32,000 nt of DNA from Chloroflexota bacterium. Its GTDB lineage: Bacteria > Chloroflexota > Anaerolineae > B4-G1 > SLSP01. The stretch lies in contig JAIOAS010000010.1 in NCBI GenBank assembly GCA_019873725.1, positions 7,214 to 39,213 of the forward strand, written 5' to 3'. The notes beneath the pieces are model-generated. The model saw only the letters and a list, made by a program, of their open reading frames with translations, was not told where the DNA came from and searched no databases. Below, piece by piece: positions 1-9,499 of the stretch; positions within the stretch are counted from its first letter, which is position 1; each line of letters starts with the position of its first letter. The translations under genes and the position numbers were made by a program.

Positions 1-2424
1 AGATTTCGTGATCGCTATCACCCTCAGCCAGAGCAATGTTGATCTCGATTTTGACTCGATCCGGGGGTTGCATCTCGTCTAATTCCAGGCGCGTTTCAAG
101 GTTCAGACGTTCCAGTAATTTTTCGAGCTTGTCACCGTCCAGGTGACAATACCGTCTCAGTTGGGTCAAAGCATCCGGTATGAACAAACTAGCCTCGGGC
201 TGCGGTAACCATTCTGCATAAAGCGGTTCCCCAATCACACGTTCTCCTTCGGCTGCTTCGACCAATGCCAATAAGGGTAAGAGATGGGGGGATTGAATTT
301 GTATCAAACTGTTATAATCGGAGGCGCGCAACCGCGTACCCCGCAAGTAGCGCTCCCATATTTCACGTAGCCAGTCCTCATCACGGCCCTGTTCAACCGT
401 AATGCGTACGCGTTGTAAACGGTCTGTGATACTCGCGGCTTTCCTCTGTCTTAAGTCATATTGCTGCTTACTGTTCTCTACCAGTCTCCGCAGATATTCA
501 CGTCGTTGCGTAAATAACTGTTGTAGTTCGCGCGCGGATTTCTCAACTTCACGTTCTAAACGCTCCAACTCCGCTCGCTCGCGTTCCAGGCGTAACACAC
601 CATCCGGTGATAAATCCGGCAGCGCGCTCAACGCCTCTCGATAACGCGCTTCAAAAGTATCTCGCGCCTGCGCCCATGTCCCCTGCGCCTGCTCAATATC
701 TGTCTGCGCTTCCGTTAGTTTACCTTCAACCGTTTGCCACAAATCCTCCAAATCCCGCGCCAGGCGCTGCATACGTTCGCTTAACCATTTCAACTGTACT
801 GCATTGGGTAGAGTTTGGAGATCGTCATCGGGCAATAAAATTTCCAAAGGCGCTGCGCGACGGCGCGTCTCTTCGAGCATTTTGCGGGATTGTCTCAGTT
901 GCATCAGGGCTTCATCCCATGATTGCATTTCACGATCATACAGGCGTTTTGTTCCTGACAATTCCTGGATACCCAGTTCGTGGTAGCGGGATAACTGTTC
1001 TTCAATCCGTGGTTTGCTCTTCAGGCGATCTCGGGTCTGTTTTATGCGTTCATACTCAGCGATAATTGCCTCACGGTTACGCCGCAATTCAATCAATAGC
1101 GTATTATGATCACGCTTCAGTTGTTCTAAATCTTCTCCGACAAAACGATCCAATAACTCTAATTGTGAACTAACATTCTCAGAGGTATACAGAATTTCTT
1201 TTTGCCCGTAGAGTTGTGGTCGGAACACATCGGCCGGACGCAAGCCCGTAGACGACCAATGCCCATTGGATTCGTACCGTTCTACCAGAGTAGGGCTGCG
1301 TCCCTGGCGGACCAAACGATAACGCGCGCGGTCCTTGACGATCTCCAATTCGGCGCGTCCTGTTTCCGGCAAAAACACGTCGGCAAATCCCCGCAAGTCT
1401 GCGTCTTTACTACGTAAGGGTTCGATCTCCCATAAATAGCGCAATAATTCCACCAGGGCTGACTTCCCAGTCCCGCGCGCGCCAATGAGACAATTCAGAC
1501 GTGGGTTAAATTGCAAATCAATCTCGCGTAAAAAACCGCTCGTATTGAATCCGCTTTGCTTGATCAAACGTAAGGCTGACAGATAACATCGCGGCTCTGG
1601 TGGTGGGTCATCTCTCAAACGTAGGCGAGCTTGGGGGTCACGCAGAGCATATTTAAGCGCAGAGAAGGTAGGATGCTCACATTTAACATAGGTAAACCAT
1701 GCGCCTACCTGTTCGAGTCGGTGAGCATCGGAGGCATTCAAACATGCAATTGGATGTTCACGTCGAAAATCAGCGTCGTCATGTTGATTGGCAACAACTA
1801 ACCTTTGCCATTCGCTCAATTCTCCAAGGGTACCTTTATGAATTTGCACCCCCAGGAGTTCTGGCAGGCAGAAATCTCGTTTGCGCTTAAGCCCTTTATT
1901 CGATTTTGAATCCAACAAGCTATCTTCGGAACTAAAAACGTGCGCGGCAATCGCTATACCGCCGCGTTTTTCAATTGCCTGCACAACATCGGCAAAACTG
2001 CGCGGTGTTGGAATACAAAATCCTGCATCTGTAAAACGCTCCTTGAGGTCAAGATCATCGTCCAAAAAACGTTCGAGAATTTCAACCTTTGTATCTTCTG
2101 GGAAGATCGCCAGAACATGGATGGCACCAATGCCTCCTGAAGCGCTGACCTCTATTCCCGGCAACACCACGAAAGTTTCCCCATAATGTTCCCTGGCGGC
2201 TTGTCTTAAAGGATCAATCCAGCTCGTGTCGTTGTGATTGGTAATCGCAATAGCATCTAACCCGGCTATTTCATGCGCTTGTCGAACATAGCGACGGGCA
2301 AAGGCAAGTTTTTCCTCCGAAGTTGATGGTATCGCCTCGCTATCAGGCATGGTAAAATGTTGTCCGACACCCGGCGCGTGTAGATGCACATCAAACTTTT
2401 TGTAAGTCGCTCCCAAGCTCATCA
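1..2424 (-). CDS. TrlF-like protein: N-terminal PHP-type phosphoesterase domain plus SMC/AAA-like ATPase (partial, runs off window start)
   Basis: My translation from ATG at 2424 reads MSLGATYKKFDVHLHAPGVGQHFTMPDSEA...AIAITNHNDTSW...VLPGIEVSASGG (PHP-like), then IDLQFNPRLNCLIGARGTGKSALVELLRYLWEI (Walker A) and a long charged coiled-coil region (LEREAREALERLEREVEKSARELQQLF). GAGGAGC RBS upstream of ATG. Open to the window edge, so absent from the ORF track. Confidence 0.85.
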
Positions 2425-2625
2425 ACTGCTCCTCTGGAAATAGTCTGATAGTCTTTAGTCACATAGTCTTGCACTTATTTTCATTATCGGGGCTATAGCA
2501 CACCTTCGGTTACACTCCTTTAATCCAAACGCTGAACATCCCCCTATTCTACAACAACTTCCTCAGAAGCTGCACCCCAGTCACCCTCTCTCCAATTCCA
2601 GCCTCCAGCATCTAGCTTCCAGCAT

Positions 2626-5601
2626 CTAGCTTCCAGTATCCAGCATCCAGTACGTCCCCTGCACCATCTCCACCCGCTCCCCTTCCTCCGCCGGGACTTC
2701 CAACTCCTCGAAGAACGTCGCGCGGATGCCGTCCAGCGCCGCCGCCTCCGGTCTGACGAACTTGCCCTTGACCTTGCCGCGCGGCACGGCGTTGATGAAC
2801 GCTTGCAGCGCCGCCTTGAACGCGCCATCCGTCCGCAAGCCACTCTTCTTGAGGAACGACTCGCAGGCCGCCGCGCCATCTTCCGCGTAGACGAGCATGG
2901 CGGTGTGGACGGCGTCCAGCCAGGTGTCGTAGTGTTTGGCCTCCGGATCGACTTTGCCGCGCACGCGCCGCTGTTTGGGTTGCAGCATGGTGACGTCGCT
3001 GCCGCTCTTGCTGATGACGCGCTGCGCCACCAGGTCGCGCTCCACGTCCAGCCCCAGCGCCAGGGCGAGTTTGCGCGCTTCGTCCGCCGGGAAGGTCTCG
3101 GCCTGGAACGCATCCCACGCCATGAGCGCCCAATCGGTGACGGGGTCGAACTGCACGTCGCGCCCCAGGAGCAGGCCGCGCTTGCGCAGGGCGATGACCT
3201 CTTCGCGGGCCAGGTCGAGCGCGGTTTCCGGACGCAAGGCTTTGGGCTGCCCGGTGCGCTCGTCCACCTCGCGGGTGAGGACGGGCCACCGCTCCGAGAT
3301 GACTGCCAGCACGGGGCCGAAGGTGCTCAAGTAGAGATCGACGCCGCTGATGCCCTGCGCGTTGAACTCCGCCGCCTTCTCGCGGGCCACAGCGCGCACG
3401 CGCGGCGCAAGATCGTCCCACCAGACGGGTTGCTGGAAGCTGGGTACTTGATCCTGGAGGCTCGAAGCTGATTGCTGATCGCTGACGGCTGATAGCTGAC
3501 GGCTGACGGCTGACGCCTCGCTGCGCTTGCGACACACCAGCAAAATCGTGCTCTGCGCGGCGTTTTTCCTGGCCTGGTGGAGGGAGTGCTCGCTTTCGGT
3601 GTGGACGGGCCACGAGGCGGTGATGGTGAAGCCGGCGTTGATGAGCGCCATCGCCAGGGTGTCCCACGCTTCCACCTGCTTGTGGGTGAACATGACGGTG
3701 AGCACGCCGTCGTCGCGGAGGACGCGCGCCATCTCGCGGAAGGCCGCGCCCATTTTGCGCTCGTAATCCTGCGCCGCCATCTCTCTCACCCCTCGCCCCG
3801 TGGGAGAGGGGCCGGGGGTGAGGGCAATATCCTTGAACCGCGCCGGATTGGCGACGGCCTCGGCATCCTTGTCCGTCAGTTGAGCGGTGAACCAGTCCGG
3901 ATAGAGGTGGCCCACGGTGCGCTTGAGCCACACGTAGAAAAAGTCCGCCAGTTCCGCGTACATCACATTGTCGTAGTAGGGCGGATCGGTGACGATGACG
4001 TCCACCGAGGCATCGGGCAGGGCGGCGAGGCGCGCGGCGTTGCCTTGAAGTTGCGTAAGCGGGCCGCGTTCTACAGTAATTCCACCCAACTGTGCCGGTG
4101 CAAAGACGATCAGCTCAGCCATATCTTTGTAGGCATCGGCAACCTGGCTGATGGCCCACGGCATCAAGTTGGCCGAAGCATCGAATTCGCCATGGCTCCA
4201 GACGAAGGCAAAATCATGACGGTCGAAATTACTGCGCAATCCTCGGCTTGGGTCGAAACGACACAGGCGATTATTGTAAATCACCATTTTGTCCATCATC
4301 AGGCCGAGATATGCTTCGATGGCGGGAGATCGTTCTTCGCCCAGTGCTTTGTAGATTTCGGGACGCAATTCCGACAAAGTTTCAATAGCTATCCCCATCG
4401 CTAACAGTTGACGCGGCGAGAAGAAATCTGACCAGATCGGCATCCCGTACAATGCCGGCCGCATATCATTCCCCTGCGGGAACGCCTCCGTCGGAATCAC
4501 ATCCCGCGCTTCCCACAGGGGACGCTTGCGGGCGAGTTCCGCTTCTGCCGCGGCGACCGCGTCCAGGTCGGCCTGGGTAGGCGCACGGAAGTCGAAGCCG
4601 CCGCGCCGTTTGAGCGCCACCGCGTAGAGCATCTGCCCCATGCGCCCGGCCTGCGCCTCGGCCTTGATGTAGTCGCCGTCGATGGCGTCGCCGGTCCACG
4701 GGGAGCGGCCCACGCCGCGCGCGACCGTGCCGTCGTCGGGGTCGTCGCCCGCACCCGGCGTGTAAATCTCGAAGCGCGGCGTATCCCAGGCGGGATCGGC
4801 CAGCAAGCGCACGGCCACCGGCGGGGATTTGCTGAGCCACCAGTTGGGGCTGAGCGGGACGGGCTTCCCCGTCACGGGGCAGGCGACGGTTCGCGCCCAG
4901 AGGTAGGCGAAGATGTTCTCGCCTTTGCCCTTGGGGAAATATGGCGCGAGCTTCTCCTGCACCCGTTTGGCCCACAAGTTTCCCCACTTCTTGATATCCG
5001 CCGCGAGTTCCGGGCCGAAGGTCGCGGGATAGTCGAGCGTGGCTTTGAGGATCACGCACGCGACGGGGTTGAGTTCGTTGGCGACGGTTGCCAGGCCGTA
5101 GCGCCGCGCCTCGAAGGGGATCGAGCCGCCGCCGGAGAAGGGGTCAAGCAGAACGATGTCCTTCAAAGACCTGTCAGGTCTCAGAAGACCTGACAGGTCT
5201 AACAGGCGTTCGAACAGCGCCAGGTCGTCGGCGGAGGGGCTGACGGTGAAGGCACGGTCGTAGCCGTAGGGATTCGCGCCCAGGTTTTCGCCGGTTTCGC
5301 GGGCTTTGAGCAGTTGTTCGCGCATAGCCGCCGGATCGCCCTTAATGCCGAGGAAGCGCAGGAACCAGGCGCGGTAGGCAGCTTCGTCGGCGAAAGGGTT
5401 GGTAGCACAGGCTTTCAGCCTGTCCCACGCCGGCAACAAAGAGGCGACAATCGCCGCGCGGGAGATCGTCAACGGGCGGCGCGCCCACCAGACGTGGAGG
5501 AAGTAGAGCGGGGGCAAGGCGCTGCTCGCGCCGCGCTCGCGCAAGCACTCCGCGCCGATGGCGTCGAAGGGGAGCCAGGATTCGATGAGGGATTGGGACA
5601 T
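2626..5601 (-). CDS. DUF1156-type (COG1743-like) adenine-specific DNA methyltransferase
   Basis: MSQSLIESWLPFDAIGAECLRERGASSALPPLYFLHVWWARRPLTISRAAIVASLLP is the typical DUF1156 N-terminus. DPFSGGGSIPFEARR and DVIVTDPPYYDNVMYAELADFFYVWLKR are (D/N)PPY-type N6-methyltransferase motifs. Start trimmed from the 5781 ORF start to MSQS at 5601. Confidence 0.93.
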   Translation of the reverse strand: MSQSLIESWLPFDAIGAECLRERGASSALPPLYFLHVWWARRPLTISRAAIVASLLPAWDRLKACATNPFADEAAYRAWFLRFLGIKGDPAAMREQLLKARETGENLGANPYGYDRAFTVSPSADDLALFERLLDLSGLLRPDRSLKDIVLLDPFSGGGSIPFEARRYGLATVANELNPVACVILKATLDYPATFGPELAADIKKWGNLWAKRVQEKLAPYFPKGKGENIFAYLWARTVACPVTGKPVPLSPNWWLSKSPPVAVRLLADPAWDTPRFEIYTPGAGDDPDDGTVARGVGRSPWTGDAIDGDYIKAEAQAGRMGQMLYAVALKRRGGFDFRAPTQADLDAVAAAEAELARKRPLWEARDVIPTEAFPQGNDMRPALYGMPIWSDFFSPRQLLAMGIAIETLSELRPEIYKALGEERSPAIEAYLGLMMDKMVIYNNRLCRFDPSRGLRSNFDRHDFAFVWSHGEFDASANLMPWAISQVADAYKDMAELIVFAPAQLGGITVERGPLTQLQGNAARLAALPDASVDVIVTDPPYYDNVMYAELADFFYVWLKRTVGHLYPDWFTAQLTDKDAEAVANPARFKDIALTPGPSPTGRGVREMAAQDYERKMGAAFREMARVLRDDGVLTVMFTHKQVEAWDTLAMALINAGFTITASWPVHTESEHSLHQARKNAAQSTILLVCRKRSEASAVSRQLSAVSDQQSASSLQDQVPSFQQPVWWDDLAPRVRAVAREKAAEFNAQGISGVDLYLSTFGPVLAVISERWPVLTREVDERTGQPKALRPETALDLAREEVIALRKRGLLLGRDVQFDPVTDWALMAWDAFQAETFPADEARKLALALGLDVERDLVAQRVISKSGSDVTMLQPKQRRVRGKVDPEAKHYDTWLDAVHTAMLVYAEDGAAACESFLKKSGLRTDGAFKAALQAFINAVPRGKVKGKFVRPEAAALDGIRATFFEELEVPAEEGERVEMVQGTYWMLDTGS
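3785..3824. repeat. GGGAGAGGGGCCGGGGGTGAGGG-type palindromic repeat inside the DUF1156 methylase gene
   Basis: tcacccctcgccccgtgggagaggggccgggggtgaggg; encodes LTPGPSPTGRG in frame. Confidence 0.85.
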
Positions 5602-5657
5602 AGTGTGCTCCTTGTTGCTGGATACTGGATGCTGGATACTGGATGCTGGATACTGGA

Positions 5658-6116
5658 TCAGGCGGTGGTGGCGCCGAAATAGAACGTGTTCGTTTCGGGA
5701 TCGACGGCAAAGCGGATGAATTCGAGGCAGCCTTGCAGGCCCAAAATCACCGGTAAATCCCAGGTCAGTCCCGGTGTCCATTGGGGCGCAAAAGCCGTGG
5801 CTTCCACGACGATATTCTCACCTGCCTGCGCTTCGAGAGCTAATGTCACCCGGTGTAGTTCGCCTCTGACAGAAGCGCCTCGAATTTGCAAAGGTCTGGC
5901 CGGCATCCCTGTCCCAGGGCGGAGACCAAGCCATTCCACCAACTCTGGATTGCAGATCAGAAAAGCGCCGCCGGTATCCAAAACGGCCTCCACCGGCAAA
6001 CCTTCAACGAGGGCAATGATGACAATGCGGGAAAGGCCGGTGGCACCCTTAGGATGATCGCGGTAGGCCATTTGACCAACGGTAAAGGGCTGTCCATCGG
6101 CAAAATACAGCATCAT
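5658..6116 (-). CDS. Retropepsin-like aspartic protease domain protein
   Basis: MMLYFADGQPF...GLSRIVIIALVEGLPVEAVLDTGGAFLICNPELVEWLGL. DTGGA is an aspartyl-protease-like active-site motif. Start overlaps the upstream stop (ATGA). Stop at 5658 lies at the edge of a short repeat. Confidence 0.7.
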   Translation of the reverse strand: MMLYFADGQPFTVGQMAYRDHPKGATGLSRIVIIALVEGLPVEAVLDTGGAFLICNPELVEWLGLRPGTGMPARPLQIRGASVRGELHRVTLALEAQAGENIVVEATAFAPQWTPGLTWDLPVILGLQGCLEFIRFAVDPETNTFYFGATTA

Positions 6117-6601
6117 GCCACCCGCGTCACCAATATGCCGTTCATAGGCGGCAGCATGGTCTTCAGTTGTTTGGCCGTCGGCGCAGCGGCTAACAGCGTG
6201 CCATCCTTGAGCGCCAGCCACTGGCCACGATATTCATGAGCGTGGCGTTGCAACCACTGCTGATCCAAATAGCGGGTAGGGTTGGCCGGACTGGTACCCA
6301 ACACTTTGGGCGGCGCGAGGATGTGCGCCATTTGCGCCAGTTCGGCATCTTCCGGGTACAACCGGTGGCCTTCTGCGGAAATCTGGCGCGCGGAGAGCGG
6401 CGCACCGGCAGCCAGGGCCAGGCGCACTGCACGCGCAATCTCTGCCGGCGGATAGACGTCCCAGGCGACCCCGGCAGCCAGGCGCGCAAAAGCCGGACCG
6501 TCGCCTTGTTCCGCTAAGGCATTCAAGAGCGCCAGCGGATCGGCTTCGGCGGTGACGCTATCGCCGGCAATATCAGTTTCAACTTCGGCGGAAAGCAACA
6601 T
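6113..6601 (-). CDS. DUF5678-like small protein
   Basis: 162 aa; C-terminus LDQQWLQRHAHEYRGQWLALKDGTLLAAAPTAKQL resembles the DUF5678 W..EY.GqWvAL.dG pattern. Overlaps the next gene by 4 nt (ATGA). Confidence 0.6.
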   Translation of the reverse strand: MLLSAEVETDIAGDSVTAEADPLALLNALAEQGDGPAFARLAAGVAWDVYPPAEIARAVRLALAAGAPLSARQISAEGHRLYPEDAELAQMAHILAPPKVLGTSPANPTRYLDQQWLQRHAHEYRGQWLALKDGTLLAAAPTAKQLKTMLPPMNGILVTRVA

Positions 6602-6703
6602 ATCAGCGCGCTCCCTTCAGGCTAACATTGCTACATTCTTCATTAAAAGTATACTCTCATTGACTTAATTTGAGAAGTCTCTTCCCAAGGGGTATCTTTC
6701 CGG

Positions 6704-8494
6704 CTATGGATTCGCCGCGCGGAGTGTGAGTGGCAAATAAACGCGGTAGAGTTGCTCGGCCACGCGGAGCGTCACAGGAAGCTGGAATGGGCTGTTGAGC
6801 ACACCGGCTTCGGCCTGCACAGTCAAGAGCGCGGAATACGTTCCTACACTCAACCCCGTCACATCAGCCCACACCTGAATCTTGTTCCCCGCAATGGAAG
6901 TATGCAGCCAGGACGCATTGTCGGAGACCGACCAGGTGAACGACTTACAGCCCTCTTGGATCACATTCAAAGATTGCGCAGCCGGGTTTTGGCCTATCTG
7001 CGCCAGAAAGCTTAAGGCGACCGGCGCAACTTGCAAGCGGAGCGGTGTGAGTTCGCCTTCTGCGCGCGGCGAGAAATTTCCCGCTGCATCTTCGTAGCGT
7101 ACCCAGATAGCGCCGCCCCGATAATTGCCTCCCGGCAACTGCCATGTGAGCGGGACACTCACCAACATTCGGCGGGTATAGATCGTCACCCCATCCACGT
7201 ATACATCCGCTGCGCCGGAACGCCAGAAATTAAAGATCAGGAAAACGTCTTCCGTATCGTGGAACGTAAAATCCAGGGGGAATTCCTGGTAGACATTGGC
7301 GGCGGCAAAGTCCGTGCCCTTGAGACTGAGCGGCCCGTAGGTTGTTCCTCCACCGTTGATAGAGAAGCGCGCCACTTCACCGGTCGCTGTATTATCATTG
7401 ACCTTGAGCCGCACGTAGGCCGTCAGGGGGATATTCTTGAAAAAGTCAGTCGTCCACACCCAAGCGAAGGATTCGCCGTCGCCGGGCCGCAGGCGAAAAG
7501 CCGTCCCTCCCCAGGCTGTGGCATCGTTCACCCGTTCACCGTTGCCCCAATACAGCGCGAAAGTGTCATAGGTATCATCGGCAAACCAATTCTGGCTCAG
7601 GCGAACGTAAGGCCAGGTGGTATCCAGATTGTAGAGCGTCACCGTATCCTTGTTAGAAGAGGCCAGGTGCAGCCCCACCTGGTCTAGCGGAATCTGCGCA
7701 CCGAGATAGATCGTGTCGCTGACGGTGGTTACACCTCCTATCGCATCGCGCGTTTTGACGTACACTGTACGCCAGCCATTGCCAGGTTCCAGCGTCCAGC
7801 TTTTCTCTGCCTGATACGGCTGCCAGCTCGCGCCGATGAAACAAGGCTCATTCGAAATTTGCATCTGTGTGGCCGGCCCGAGTTCGCGGAACCCACCGCC
7901 GCCCGAACGATCATAAATATACAGGTCTACGACGGCGTTGGTGGTATTGGGCGCTTCATTGTTGATGATAACCGGAGGGTAAACTGCATCTACCCCAAAG
8001 TCCTGTGTCAGGTACCCGCGCCAATCGCTGGTGCGAAGATAATACCCCATCCCAATTTCGCGGGAATTGGGATCCAGCAGGTTAGCGCGATGGCCGGGGC
8101 TGTTCATCCAACCATCAATGGCGGCTTGCGGCTCCATATAGCCACAGTAACAGTTTTCCGCGCCGGAAGAACCTTTGTACCCGAAGACCGGCACTCTTTC
8201 CGAGGGCCACCGCCCTAACGTGTCCTGATGTCCACAATACGGCTCAATCCGGTTTTCCACCGAATCCCAGTCAAACCAGCGCGCCGCTTCCGTCATCGGC
8301 GCGTTCCAACGCAGAGGCGGGACGCCATTGGCGCGCCGGGCAAGATTGCCATAATAGACGGTGAGCATTTCTTTGTAGATCAGCTCTGCCGGTTGCGGCG
8401 GCGGACCTTGCGGTTCGGTACTCGCCGGTCCGCTATTCAAGAAAAACAAGAGTGCCAGTAAACACAACCTGGCAATCCACTTTCCGTTTCCCAC
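6704..8494 (-). CDS. Secreted CAP (SCP/PR1-like) domain protein with C-terminal BACON-like domain
   Basis: Signal peptide MGNGKWIARLCLLALLFFLNSGPAS; CAP-like YYGNLARRANGVPPLRWNAPMTEAARWF...GWMNSPGHRANLLDPNSREIGMGYY; repeat-like CKSFTWSVSDNASWLHTS...VWADVTGLSVGTYSALLTVQA. GTG start 6 nt after the ASCH stop with GGAGG spacing. Confidence 0.85.
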   Translation of the reverse strand: MGNGKWIARLCLLALLFFLNSGPASTEPQGPPPQPAELIYKEMLTVYYGNLARRANGVPPLRWNAPMTEAARWFDWDSVENRIEPYCGHQDTLGRWPSERVPVFGYKGSSGAENCYCGYMEPQAAIDGWMNSPGHRANLLDPNSREIGMGYYLRTSDWRGYLTQDFGVDAVYPPVIINNEAPNTTNAVVDLYIYDRSGGGGFRELGPATQMQISNEPCFIGASWQPYQAEKSWTLEPGNGWRTVYVKTRDAIGGVTTVSDTIYLGAQIPLDQVGLHLASSNKDTVTLYNLDTTWPYVRLSQNWFADDTYDTFALYWGNGERVNDATAWGGTAFRLRPGDGESFAWVWTTDFFKNIPLTAYVRLKVNDNTATGEVARFSINGGGTTYGPLSLKGTDFAAANVYQEFPLDFTFHDTEDVFLIFNFWRSGAADVYVDGVTIYTRRMLVSVPLTWQLPGGNYRGGAIWVRYEDAAGNFSPRAEGELTPLRLQVAPVALSFLAQIGQNPAAQSLNVIQEGCKSFTWSVSDNASWLHTSIAGNKIQVWADVTGLSVGTYSALLTVQAEAGVLNSPFQLPVTLRVAEQLYRVYLPLTLRAANP

Positions 8495-8500
8495 GGTTGA

Positions 8501-9495
<995 letters not shown>

Positions 9496-9499
<4 letters not shown>

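Noticed and set aside
402-644. Small plus-strand ORFs over the first 2.4 kb (402-644, 607-1065, 1881-2186)
   Set aside because: All are antisense to the open TrlF-like frame, which has recognisable domains.
2612-3931. 439-aa minus-strand ORF alternative to the DUF1156 frame
   Set aside because: Lacks conserved motifs, while the overlapping frame has the full DUF1156 and DPPY signatures.
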